From positions 164,734,001 to 164,798,000 of the forward strand of contig NC_091977.1 of assembly GCF_044704955.1 (NCBI RefSeq): a stretch of 64,000 nucleotides of DNA. Direction: 5' to 3'. The notes under the pieces are model-generated. The model saw nothing but the letters and a program-made list of their open reading frames with translations. It was not told where the DNA came from and did no database searches. Both the position numbers and the translations under genes were made by a program. Every line of letters starts with the position of its first letter. Positions within the stretch are counted from its first letter, which is position 1. The stretch comes from Pristiophorus japonicus. Taxonomy: Eukaryota. This document shows, piece after piece, positions 24,978 to 37,642 of this stretch.

Positions 24978-25761
24978 GTTATCTCGAAGTAATTGTGCAG
25001 GTTGTTCTGAGTAATACATTAACTGAAGGATTTCTCTTTAGACTTAACTTAAAGTTTCCTATTGAGAACCCCAGGAAATATTTTCAGGAACTGAACATTA
25101 TGGTCTGCTTTGCTTGTAAATTTTTTGTTAAACTTGTCAGCTTAGATGAGAAACTTCTGTCGTATTTTTATTTGGTTTATGGTCATTTCATGTTGTGTAC
25201 CAACCATGTGTGTTTAAAAAAAACAGATGTAGTAATCTGCACTGTTAAGGGAGATTAAATAGCTTTAAACGACAGGCTAGTTGCCTTTTGCACCGTTGGT
25301 CTCCTTTTCTGAGCAGTCATTCTCATATTGATCAAATAATGGTCATAATATATTGCAATTACCCATTCTCTAAAACACACTGACAAATAGAATAAAACAA
25401 ATGCCCTTAGTTGGGGGACACACATTTAACTAACTTTTGATGTGTTCTGTAATACAGAAAAATAGACATGATTGTGTGATGATCAAAGTTTCCAGCAGCT
25501 AGTGGTAGGTTGTGGCTTTGAGTCTCTAATCCCTTATGTGGTAATGCTTTACTTTCACCTATATCTGCAAGAAGAACATAGGCGAGCAAGTTACTGCAGT
25601 TTGCCCTTGCTTATCTTAGCTGGATTGCCCTCAGTTGGAAAATGGGCACAGTACAGGGAAGCTGAGGTGGGTGGGGAAAGGAGAGGAGAAAACAAAATAG
25701 CAACATACTTTTGCTAAACCTTTCTGTCTATAATTGCATCTTATTTTATACTCCCTTACAT

Positions 25762-27107
25762 GTATGTTGGAGTCCATTATTAAAGAAGCAGTAGCAGGAT
25801 ATTTGGAAAAGCAAAATTCGGTCAGGCAGAGTCAGCATGGATTTATGAAGGGGAAGTCATGTTTGACAAATTTGCTGGAGTTTTTCGAGGATATAACAAA
25901 CAGGCTGGATAAAGGGGAACCAGTGGATGTGGTGTATTTGGACTTCCAGAAGGCATTTGACAAGGTGCCGCATAAAAGGTTACTGCACACGATAAAAGTT
26001 CACGGGGTTGGGGGTAATATATTAACATGGATAGAGGATTGGCTAACTATCAGAAAACAGAGAGTTGGGATAAATGGTTCATTCTCGGGTTGGCAATCAG
26101 TAACCAGTGGTGTGCCGCAGGGATCAGTGCTGGGATCCCAATTATTTATAATTGCTGGGATCCCAATTATTTATAATTTATATTAACGACTTGGAAGAAG
26201 GGACCGAGTGTAACGTAGCCAAGTTTGCTGACTATACAAAGATGGGAGGAAAAGCAATGTGTGAGGAGGACACAAAAAATCTGCAAAAGGACATACAGGC
26301 TAAGTGAGTGGGCAAAAATTTGGCAGATGGAGTATAATGTTGGAAAGTGCACTTTGGCAGAAAAAAATCAAAGAGCAGGTTATTATTTAAATGGAGAAAG
26401 ATTGCAAAGTGCTGCAGTACAGCAGGACCTGGGGGTACTTGTGCATGAAACACAAAAGGGATAGTATGCAGGTACAGCAAGTGATCAGGAAGGCCAATGG
26501 AATCTTGGGCTTTATTGCAAAGGGGATTGAGTATAAAAGCAGGGAAATTTTGCTACAGTTGTACAGGATATTGGTGAGGCTACACTTGGAATACTGCGTG
26601 CAGTTTTGGTTTCCATATTTAAGAAAATATACTTGCTTTGGAGGCAGTTCAGAGGAAGTTCACTTATGAGGAAAGGTTGAGAAGGTTGGGCCTCTACTCA
26701 TTGGAATTCAGAAGAATGAGCGGTGATCTTATCGAAACGTATAAGATTATGAGGGGGCTTGACAAGGTGGATGCAGAGAGGATGTTTCCACTGATAGGGG
26801 AGACTAGAACTAGAAGGCATAATCTTAGAATAAGGGGACCGCTCATTTAAAACTTGAGATGAGGAGAAATTTCTTCTCTGAGGGTTGTGGATCTGTGGAA
26901 TACGCTGCCTCAGAGAGCTGAGGAAGCTGGGACATTGAATAAATTTAAGACAGAAATAAACAGTTTCTTAAATGATAAGGGGTTATGGGGAGCGGGCAGG
27001 GAAATGGACCCGAGTCCATGATCGGATCAGCCATGATCGTATTAAATGGCGGAGCAGGCTCGAGGGGCAGTATGGCCTACTCCTCCTCCTATTTCTTATG
27101 TTCTTGT
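25762..27107 (+). mobile_element. 5'-truncated CR1 ((TTCTTATG)n subfamily)
   Basis: RT ORF 25734-26186 and later pieces. Contains an internal 25-bp tandem duplication GCTGGGATCCCAATTATTTATAATT. Confidence 0.93.
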
Positions 27108-29084
27108 GTCTTCGGAATTGGTCTTTCATTGTTATATTCTATGCCAGAAACCAAACTGTTGGCGTCTTAACTGCTACTGCTAGTCACCAAGGTAGTGTTT
27201 TGTGTCGTGAAATTATTTCTGTTTAAATAAGAGCATAAGAAATCCTGAAACAGGAAAATATTCAGTCCATTGAGCCCATTCCCTCCAATTTACCAAGCAA
27301 CTGTATACAGTACTGTCATGGACTCCATCTAAACACAATCCAAGATTTCTTGAAGGCATTTTGAACTAGGAACGACTTCCAAAAAAACCCAGACAAACTT
27401 CCTTAAGTATTCTTTCTATATACAATAACATACCATAAAGTGTTCCATTAACTAATCACTTGTATGCCCAAATTTACCCTCATAACCTTCAATCCTATTT
27501 CTTGCTAGATGCTCATGCAGGTTTTTTTTTAAGAGGTATTGGATTTAGCAATTAACTATTAAAGCTAACAGTACATTGATAATGATCAAGAAGCACACAA
27601 CCACACAAAAACATCCATTTTGATGTTGCATTTCTTGTGAATATCTGCAGAGCCCTAAGATTGAAATACTGTTTTAAACTCTCTGCAAGGCACTTGCTAG
27701 TAATGCAGGACATGTTTACATTTTTTTAAGCACTTAATTTGACTTCTGTTGTTGTATAGGTGCACAGAGTGCTGTAGAGGTGAAATAATGTAGGCAAAAT
27801 AACATAGGTGATATTGTCCTAAATTTGATACTGTCTAAAAACTGAAAGGTATAGCAATCACATTACTTGCTCTTTGGTATTGAGGGTTATTTTCTGGTGA
27901 CATATTACAAACATTGTAGAGGTGGCATCTTATGCAGGTTTTTATGATCAACAAACTTGTGGGTAAGACTTGCATACTGGTATTATGGCTGGCTGACTAA
28001 AAAGTTGCAAAAGCAATATTTGCACTAATGCAACTTATTAACTCAGACTTTACATTGTTCATTGTGTTAATACTTTGTATTTTCCTTTTTCTTTCCCATT
28101 ACATTTTGCTTTGCCTTCTCCACTTTGGCTTTCTGAAATGTTTGCATTAATCTGCTTTTATGTTCATTATTTTCGCATTAAAAAGTGCAGTAAAGTAGAT
28201 ACAAGTCATCCTCAAGTTCTTAAAAATACACTTGCCTAGAATTGGAACAGTCTACTCAGTGTGTGAATCTTGATAACTTGGAAAATAATATGGCAGCAGC
28301 TGTCTTAGTAACAATAAAGCTTATTAATGATTTGGCATTGGGAATTTCTGACTTGCAAATCAGAAATATTCATTTAAAAAAAATAAAAATCTTCATGCTT
28401 GTGTTCTGAGAACAGCTAGTTTAGAAGTAATTTATATTTTCAATGGTGCCATCAGCTCCTGGGCTTAAATCAAGGATTCCTTGGATAAGATAATATAGAA
28501 TTGTAAAAATTAAGAGAAATTGTAAAGTTCATAACAACAAAAGGAAAGTGCATTGGTATCAGTTGGAGTGAGTAGCATCGTCCTCATCACTGAAGGAGCT
28601 AATGGTTGATAGTTGCTTGACTTTTCAGGTTTTATAGTACTCGGCAGTGAGCAAATGCAAAAATACTGTGCGCTTCAAATGCTTTTTAAAAAAAAAAGAG
28701 TAACGTGGATTTCTATAACATGTTTTTACAACTATTACAAGCACAGTTTGAGAGTTTGGCTATCTACATGAGAGTTAATATCCTTTCATAATAAACATAT
28801 GCTATGCACACTAAGTGGGAGAGAGTCATCGTTTTCCTCACCCAGACTTGTATATTTGCCTGTTGCCACTGTCTCCTATTGCCTATCTGACATTAAAACC
28901 TAGATGACTCAAAACCACCTGCAGCTTGCTGTCATAAAACTGAAGCCATCTTCTTCACCCATTCTCCACCCCAGCTCCTTCTGCCTACATCCAAAATCCT
29001 GCTCTGTGAATACGCCTCCGGCTTTGACTCCATCTCATTCCCCAACTGCAACACAAACTTAGCCAAGAGGTGCAGAACCTCAGC

Positions 29085-30012
29085 TTGGCAGATGGAGTAT
29101 AATGTTGGAAAGTGTGAGGTTATGCACTTTGGCAGAAAAAATAAAAGAGCAAGTTATTATTTAAATGAAGAAAGATTGCAAAGTGCCGCAGTACAGCGGC
29201 ACTTGGGGGTACTTGTGCATGAAACACAAGTTAAAGCAATGTGAGTACTGTAGACTTGAGTAAGTGTGCCCTTTATTCTGACTCCAGAGTGCTGGCACAG
29301 CATGGGAGGCCTGCTTATATGCAGTGCTCCCAAGGGATGCTGGGATCCCTTGGGACTCCAACAGATGCGCCCTCTGGTGGCGGTAGAATGCTGGTTACAA
29401 GGTTTTGCATACATAAGATAGTATGCAGGTACAACAAGTGATCAGGAAGGCCAGTGGTATCTTGACCTTTATTGCGTGCAGTTTTGGTTTCCATATTTAC
29501 GAAGGGATATACTTGCTTTGGAGGCAGTTCAGAGAAGGTTCACTAGGTTGATTCTGGGGATGAGGGGGTTGACTTATGAGGAAAGGTTCAGTAGGTTGGG
29601 CCTCTACTCATTGGAATTCAGAAGAATGAGAGGTGATCTTATCGAAACATATAAGATTATGAGGGGGTTTGACAAGGTGGATGCAGAGAGGATGTTTCCA
29701 CTGATGGTGGAGACTAGAACAAGAGGGCATGATCTCAGAATAAGGGGCCGCCCATTTAAAACCGAGATGAGGAGAAATTTCTTCCCTGTGGGTTGTAAAT
29801 CTGTGGAATTTGCTGCCTCAGAGAGCTGTGGAAGCTGGAACATTGAATAAATTTAAGACAGAAATAGACAGTTTCTTAACATAAGGGGATAAGGGGTTAT
29901 GGAGAGCGGGCGGGGAAGTGGAACTGAGTCCATGATCAGATCAGCCATGATCTTATTGAATGGCGGAGCAGGCACGAGGGGCCGTATGGCCTACTCCTCC
30001 TATTTCTTATGT
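29085..30012 (+). mobile_element. 5'-truncated CR1 with a nested solo LTR
   Basis: WQMEYNVGKCEV through to the TTCTTATGT tail. Collinear with 26320-27107 once 29229-29418 is removed. Confidence 0.9.
29229..29418 (-). mobile_element. Gypsy solo LTR
   Basis: The reverse strand is collinear with LTR 664-875 (CCGCCACCAG..GCGCATC..GTCCCAAG..ATCCCAG..TTGGGAGCACTG..CACTCTGGAGT) and has TATAAG and AATAAA. The terminal TG/CA and TSD are not clean. Confidence 0.85.
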
Positions 30013-30775
30013 TGCTTGATCCTGATCTCAGCCTCTTCATCTGCTCTGTGACTAGGACTGCGTTCTTTCATCGACGGAACATTGTCTGCTCCACCCCAGC
30101 TCCTTCTGCCTACATCCAAAATCCTGCTCTGATTTTATCGCCTCACAGCTGGTTTTTTTACAATGTTCATCTTGTCAGCCTCTTTGCTTCTACTGTTCAT
30201 AAACTGCGAGTGTTGTGAACTGCACTAAAGCTTGTATTTGTATCACATGTATCACTCTTGTCTTCGCCAAACTCCATTAGCTTTCTGTGCCCCAAATAAT
30301 TGATTTGGTTATTTTCCTCACTTTCAAATCGTTACACAGTTTCCATACTCTCCTCTTTGTCCCTGCACCCTCCAATACCAACCTATTCCACGATCCCTGT
30401 GCTCTCCTTTCGGCAGACACCTTACCCCACTCACTGGAACTTTCTCCCTCAGTATCTCCAGCTTGCATTTCCTCTCTGCCTTCAAGAATCTTAAAACTTT
30501 CCTCTCTCCTTGGCTTGCTGTCCACTATCCACCACCCTATAAAGTACTCTGAGATGTATCTTTGTACACAATACAAATGAAAGTTGTACTTCAAGCCAGG
30601 ATATGGTCAATACCTTTAATTGCCATACAGTAACATCTGGTAAGGAAATCACACCTATATGCTCAGTAAATACATTTTTATTGGTAAATGGAATAAACAA
30701 AGTTTAGTTTATTGTACTGGGGAGCATTGATGTATCTCATTGTATAAAACTGTTGCAAACACAGATAGAATTAAT

Positions 30776-31250
30776 GGGCCCAAGTTTCCACACGATAAAA
30801 AACGGGCGCCCCTCCGAGCTGGGCGCCCGTTTTTCGCGCCTAAAACGGCGCCGGAAAAAAAACGTGCGCTTCTGGAGTGCCCTGCAGCTTCATGTCTGTT
30901 TGGCGCGGCGCCCAGGGGGGCGGAGCCTTCACTCGCGCCGATTTTGTAAATGGGAGGGGACGGGTACCATTTAAATTAGTTTTTTTCCCTGCCGGCAACG
31001 CTGCGCGTGCGCGTTGGAGTGGTCGCGCATGCGCAGTGTGAAGGAAACATTGGCACTCGGCCATTTTTGTAGTTCTTTGTAGCTGTTTAATTTTTGAACA
31101 TTTTTTAATAAAAGCACATTGCCATCAGCACTGAGAAGGCTGCAGGAAGCCTCAGAAAGTTGAGGCAGCCGTTTCCCTCCCCCTCCCCGCCCGCCGTTGG
31201 GAACAAACGGCTGCCTCCTCTCCCCCCTCCCCCCCCCCCCGGGAATGAAC

Positions 31251-31281
<31 letters not shown>

Positions 31282-31788
31282 CCCCCCCCCTCCCCGGGAA
31301 CGAACGCCTGCAGCATTCTCCCTGGCTGAAGCACTTTCACACAGGTAGGAAGATGGTTTATTTAATGTTTTCTTTGCTTATAAATGTTTATTCAGGTTGG
31401 ATTTATTTATAGAAGTATAAATAAGGATTTATTATAGAATTTAATGACTTCCCTTCCTCCCCCCCCCCCACCTCGTTCTGGACGCCTAATTTGTAACCTG
31501 CGCCTGATTTTTTAATGTGTAGACAAGGTTTTTTCAGTTCTACCAAAATCTTCACTTGCTCCATTCTAAATTAGTTTGGAGTACGTTTTCACTGTGGAAA
31601 CTTTGAAATCAGGCGTCAGTGGCCGGACACGCCCCCTTTTGAAGAAAAAATTCTGTTCCAAAGTGGAACTGTTCTTACTGACTAGAACTGCAGAAAAAAA
31701 AATGTGGAGAATTGCGATTTCTAAGATAGTCCGTTCTCCACCAGTTGCTCCTAAAGATCGGGCGCAAATCATGTGGAAACTTGGGCCC
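30776..31788. mobile_element. Non-autonomous TIR element (PIF/Harbinger-like MITE), copy A
   Basis: 21-bp TIRs GGGCCCAAGTTTCCACA(C/T)GAT with one mismatch. CpG-rich, no transposase. Homologous to 42280-43854. TSD not clean. Confidence 0.85.
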
Positions 31789-32459
31789 TATATTTTTTTC
31801 ACTGTTGGAACCAATTCGGAGTGTAAAACTGACTGTACAGTGATCTTCAGGTGTTAGATTTAAGCGAGATGTAGGTGTAAACTGGGTATTAGACAGGCAT
31901 TGAGATAGCTTTTGCTTTAAATACTGGATGGAATTTTGCAAGCTTGTTTCCATTTGATGCCAAGTCTGGGTTTCAGAAGCCTGAAGATTGTAAGAAGCAA
32001 TCATGGAGAGGATTAAATTGGTGGAAAAGAATGAGTTGATGTAGATATAGTGCAACGAGCCTTGATTTTAAAGCACTGAGGATACAGGGAATCAAAAGAG
32101 CACGTAGGACAAACCACTTGGAGCTCAGAGCAATGAAAAAGAAAAGTTCAGAGGAGTGCTGACTATAATAATATACTCATTGATGCTACTCAACTGGTAA
32201 CTGCATTGAATTGCCATCAGATTTTCTGTGACCTGTGGTCTGCCTGATTCAAGACCCTATTGTAAGGTGAATTGCAAGAACATTCAGTGATATTCCACTG
32301 AATCCAACGTGTAACATTTGATCTGGTTTTTGTACTGAGACCAGTGTATTTAGCTTAATGACATTGTGTGTAGTGCTTTGAAATATTTTGACAATTAATT
32401 ACTTTTGGAATACAGTGACTATTATGTAGGCAAACATGGCAACTATTCTGTACCAGTAA

Positions 32460-32712
32460 ATTCCCACCAACACGAGATAAACGGCCTGTTAATTTGTTTG
32501 TGATACTCATTGAGAAAAGAATGTTGGCCAGGTTGGCAGGAGGATTTTCTGCTCCTTCTTAAATAGCACCTCAACATACACCTATAGAGACAGATGGGGG
32601 ATAGTAACTCTAACAATGTAAGATTCACTCACTACTGCTTTAAAGTGTCAGCTAGATTATGTGCACAAGTCCTGATTTGTGACTCAAGCCCACAACCTTG
32701 TGACCCAGAAAC
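32460..32712 (-). mobile_element. tRNA-derived SINE (DeuSINE-like), degenerate
   Basis: Reverse strand has the B-box-like AAGGTTGTGGGCTTGAGTC, then GGACTTGTGCACATAATCTAGCTGACACT and CCTGGCCAACATTCTTTTCTCAA, resembling the Deu domain. Confidence 0.55.
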
Positions 32713-34035
32713 CTGTAGACTAGTGACAGCGGTATTGTTACTGGTGTAACGGACCAGTGCATTCCAGCAGCAGCACCAGATCATTCTGCTGTGCTCTCTC
32801 ACATACCACTTCTCGTGAATATTTTTGCAAATCGCTCCAACCTGATGTACAGTAAGGCTGTTTGTTTCTCTAAAGTTGACGATCCAGTGTTTTCTTTAAT
32901 TGCATATCAGTGGCGCTGTTAACTCTCAAATCTGGTTTTGTTTCAAGCTTAATCCGTGTCGCAGTACATCAGTACATTTCGGCTATTGCTGGGATACATT
33001 TTGAACATTTTTGGAATGCTAATTTAATTCCTTAACATTTCAGAAACCTGTGATAGCTTTGCTCCCAACATGGTTTTTCTAAATAGAAGATAAATTCATT
33101 GCATATCACAGTTTACAAAATGGATCAGTGGTCAAAAATTTTATTGGAAACTAGAGAATTCCAGTGACTGTATTAATTCCCTAGCTATTGTGCCCTCCAC
33201 TCACTTTCATTCAGCCTATTATTGAAATCCAGTAGCTATTGGAGAACACCCAATTCTATTGGGAATAAAGTTAAACGAGGGGGACGGTTGAATACAAATC
33301 ATGCAAAATGCTGAATTGAGACTGTATTGCTTATGATGCTTATCCACAGAAATTCCAAATTTGTTGCAAAGAAATTCCTGCCTCTGCAGTTAAATAACCT
33401 TTTGTACACATCTCATAAACATCATTTTATATTTGAAGTCTACACTTTGGCAACTCTTCCAGGTTTTTATTACCCAGCATGCAGTTGAACGTTTACTCAT
33501 GTGTGGCTATTATTAATGATGAATAGATTAATTGCAGATTATTTTTGTTTAACAAGGCATTAACTAGGAAGATGTAAATCACAATACTTTTAAACCTTGT
33601 TGATCACTACACTGACTAATGGCGCTATTCATTATGTGCAAATGGTGCAGCGATTTCAAGTGAGGGACAGATGCGCGGTTAAACTCGTATCCAAAAGTTT
33701 CTGTCTGAACTGCGCTGCTGTGCCGGTAGCTATACAAAAATGGTATAGCCATTGAAATGCATTGAATGGCATGAAATTGTTGTATTTGTGCAGTAGATAT
33801 GATCTAAACTTCACAAAGTTAAGTATTGTCCATTCCAGTCTAAGTACCCATTTAATTGTGTGATGAGTGTTTAAAAACTACCAATCAGCCTCTCTGGCAC
33901 TGAAAATTAACTATTTACTAGTGTGGAACCTCATTCCTTCAGGTTTTAATTGTTATTGGAGATGTAATGTAAAATTATTTTTATTACTTTTCCCTTTTGG
34001 CTCGCTCTCTCACCAAACTTCCTTTCCCTCTCATT

Positions 34036-37000
34036 GGCTGTGATTTTACACACCGAGGCGGGCTAAGTGCGGGTGAGGTAAGTGGTGGACTGCGATCCCG
34101 CTCCTGCTTCCATGGAGCGGCAGGGATTGTGGATGCATTGGTTGTAATTTACCAAAATTCCCTGGATTCTGGGGAGGTCCCAGTAGATTGGAAAACTGCA
34201 AATTTATCGCTCCTATTTAAAAAAAGGTGGCAGACAAAAAGCAGGAAACTATAGACCAGTTAGCCTAACATCTGTGGTTGGGAAAATGTTGGGAGTCCAT
34301 TATTGAAAAAGCAGCAGCAGTACATTTGGAAAAGCATAATTCAGTCAGGCAGAGTCACATGGATTTATGAAGGGGAAGTCATGTTTGACAAATTTGCTGG
34401 AATTCTTTGAGGATGTAACGAACAGGATGGATAAAAGGGAACCAGTGGATGTGGTGTATTTGGACTTCCAGAAGGCATTTGACAAGGTGCCACATAAAAG
34501 GTTACTGCACAAGATAAAAGTTCATGGAGTTGGGGATAATATATTAGCATGGATAGAGTATTGGCTAACTAACAGAAAACAGAGAGTCAGGATAAATGGT
34601 TCATTCTTGGGTTGGCAATCAGTAACTAGTGTGGTGCCGCAGGGATCAGTGCTGGGACCCCAACTATTTACAATCTATATTGACGACTTGGACGAAGGGA
34701 CCGAGTGTAACGTAGCCAAGTTTGCTGATGATACAAAGATGGGAAGAAAAGCAACGTGTGAGGACACAAAAATAACCTGCAAAAGGACATAGTCAGGCCA
34801 AGTGAGTGGGCAATAATTTGGCAGATGGAGTATAATGTTGGAAAGTGTGAGGTTATGCACTTTGGCAGAAAAAAAAATCGAAGAGCAATTTATTATTTAA
34901 ATGGAGAAAAATTGCAAAGTGCTGCAGTACAGCGGGACCTGGGGGTCCTGGTGCATGAAACACAAAAGGTACAGTGGCCTTTATTTCAAAGGGGATGGAG
35001 TATAAAAGCATGGAAATCTTGCTACAATTATACAGGGTATTGGTGAGGCTACACCTGGAATACTGCATACAGTTTTGGTTTCCATATTTAAGAAAGGATA
35101 TACTTGCATTGGAGGCAGTTCAGAGAAGGTTCACTAGGTTGATTCTGGAGATGAGGGGCTTAACTTATGAGGAAAGGTTGTGTAAGTTGGGCCTCTACTC
35201 ATTGGAATTCAGAAGAATGAGAGGTGATCTTATCGAAACGTATAAGATTATGAGGGGGCTTGACAAGGTGGATGCAGAGAGGATGTTTCCACTGATGGGG
35301 GAGACTAGAACAAGAGGGCATGATCTTAGAATAAAGGGCTGCCCATTTAAAACTGAGATGAGGAGGAATTTCTTTTCTCAGAGGGTTGTAAATCTGGAAT
35401 TCGCTGCCTCAGACAGCTGTGGAAGCTGGGTCATTGAATAAATTTAAGACGGAGATAGACAGTTTCTTAACCGATAAGAGAATAAGGGGTTATGGGGGAG
35501 TGGGCAGGGAAGTAGATCCGAGTCCATGATCGGATCAGCCATCATCGTATTAATAGCGGAGCAGGCTCGAGGGGCCTTATGGCCTACTCCTGCTCCTATT
35601 TCTTATGTTATGTTCTTATGAGCTCTGTTGATCTGATTTTACGCTGATGGGGCTTGTTAAGCCCGTGCTGTGAGGTTCCTGGCAAATTAACAGGAAGTGG
35701 GTCTGATGACTTATCATCAGCCGATTTCCTTAAAGGGACCATGGGCAACTTTTTTTTGACAGTTCTGTCAGTGTTCTGCAGCATTGAGGTGCTGCAAACA
35801 CTACAAAAAGATGCACGGCTGCACCCAGACAGATGCTTTTGGATGGAGTCACAGCACACAGATATGTTCTCTTCCCTTCCAATGGGCAGAAGAGACTTCC
35901 CCAGGACATTAACTCACCTGGTTGCACATTGCACAGGAGGACACAAGCAAGGATGTCGTCAGGAGGACCAGACTGCTGTTGCGCAAACCTTTCAATGATC
36001 TCAGTAGATGGCGAAATGTTGCTGCAAAGCCACACTCAACCTCATCCTGCTGTGCCACTCATCACATCCCCATCACTCTGCTTTTCCTACACTATTCCTG
36101 CACATCCTTACTTACACCAACTTACCTTGCACCTCCTCCCATCCCTCTCTATCTGCATTGTCACTTCCCCATCTCACTAGCTCACTGGTGTGGGAAGGTG
36201 CCAACCTGTCTCATTGTGTGGCAGCCAGGGTGCATAGCATGAAGTAAAGTAAATCTGGCTGTGGTGAGGCCATCACCTGGGCAGCAGTGTGGTCAGGTGC
36301 TGATGCCCCATGTCTTATGCAGCATCAGGTGATTGTGCAGTAGGTCGGTGTTTTTGTTGGTGATGCTGGTGTGTTTAGTGATGATGTTGGGGCTGATCGT
36401 GGTGGGATTCTGAGGACCAAGGTGAGATTTGCTGAAGGGCACCGATGCTGCTGGTATAAAAGAAAAAGTAAGACTTGCATTTATATAGCGCCTTTCATGA
36501 CCACCGAACATCTTAAAGTGCTTTACAGCCAATTAAGTACTTTTGGAGTGTAGTCATTGTTGTAATGTGGGAATAGATGGCAGGTGAGGTTGAGATGACC
36601 GAAGCGATCTGTCAGTGGTGAGAGAGGTTGCTCCAAGGCGGTGACAGTGGATAGAGTTCACTGCAGACACTTCCAAACTGCATGCAGCACAAAAGTTTCC
36701 AAATCATGAAGGCTTCAGTTTCTGACATTGGAAAGCTATGGCTTTTATTCTACTTCTGCAGCTGTGAATTAGGCAAAACAATGGAGAGTCTCTGAGAACC
36801 CGACACACATACCTGGTGTAAAACCCGAGGGATGGCAAACTCATTGAAAACTTGGCAAAATGGTAAGTGCCTAGGTAAAATCCTTTTAAATACCTTTAAA
36901 TTACCTCTTGAACATCTTAATTGGCTGGCCCGCCGCTTGGTGTCGGGTCTGCGATCCGCAGACAGATCCGACAGTTGAAGAACTGACACGGAGACGGGTT

Positions 37001-37093
37001 CAGAGCAGACTTCTGCCCTGCTGTCAATCAGGACCATTTTGACAGCAGGCCCGCCTCCAAACTTGCACTCGCTGGGCTGGGAAGATTCCGTCC
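34036..37093 (+). mobile_element. Harbinger-derived element with Myb/SANT-like pseudogene (about 35810-36015); contains a CR1 and a SINE tail (36465-36575, -)
   Basis: Frameshifted MLLDGVTAHRYVLFPSNGQKRLPQ / LHIAQE.TSKDVVRRT....RK.FNDL resembles the Harbinger Myb/SANT DNA-binding domain. TIRs are weak. Confidence 0.65.
34123..35620 (+). mobile_element. 5'-truncated CR1 ((TTCTTATG)n subfamily)
   Basis: RT ORFs 34367-34792 and 34974-35441, followed by the 3'UTR and tail. Confidence 0.93.
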
Positions 37094-37642
37094 AGTATTT
37101 CTCTTTCTGAGCCTGATTTAACATTGAATTCACCCACTCTAATTTACACTTCCTTCGCAGTCCTTGTGCTGTTAATGTCACAATCTTTCAACCTGATTGG
37201 TTAATAAGATACACAGTTGCTTTCCCTGTTCACTCAGGTTCCAGATTCCTTGTTTCTCTCGCAGCGACGTGATTAGCTTGCACTTTCAGCAACTTGATAC
37301 GCAGAAAATTAATAAACTTAAACGTGCAGTGACAAGTCTAACTAACAGGAGATGTCACTGGATGTTCTGGTACAGCAACATTTGACCCAATATTTTTCAT
37401 GTTGCAGAATATTGGGGGTTTATTATAGACTTGTATGCATTGATTTGACAGAGCACAAAAATTAATTGCCTTAGCATAAGGAAGTAGTGCAATTAAACAC
37501 AGTTTTTTTGAATATGTAGTTGACGTGGCTATTTTTAAAAGCCTTAGCAACTATGTGAATTAGAAATGATCAAGATGAGAGATGTTGATGCTGGGAATGA
37601 ATATCTTCTATTTCAGAAACGGAATGGGGTGGGTGGCGGGGG

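Larger units (their letters stand above)
28870..30500 (+). mobile_element. Old L2 fragment interrupted by the CR1 at 29085-30012
   Basis: TCTGACATTAAAACCTAGATG, AAAACTGAAGCCATC, TRTAFFHRRNI and VIFLTFKSLH are L2 ORF2-like segments. Confidence 0.6.
33610..37388. mobile_element. MITE-like element split by a Harbinger derivative (left boundary approximate)
   Basis: 33880-34035 joined to 37094-37388 is collinear with the uninterrupted copy at 57650-58106. Confidence 0.65.

Noticed and set aside
32640-32712. tRNA gene
   Set aside because: Only a degenerate B-box-like SINE head; no cloverleaf. The same applies to about 38550-38600.
35810-36015. Host MSANTD/NAIF1-like gene
   Set aside because: Frameshifted and embedded in a nested transposon stack. 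It is better explained as a Harbinger remnant.
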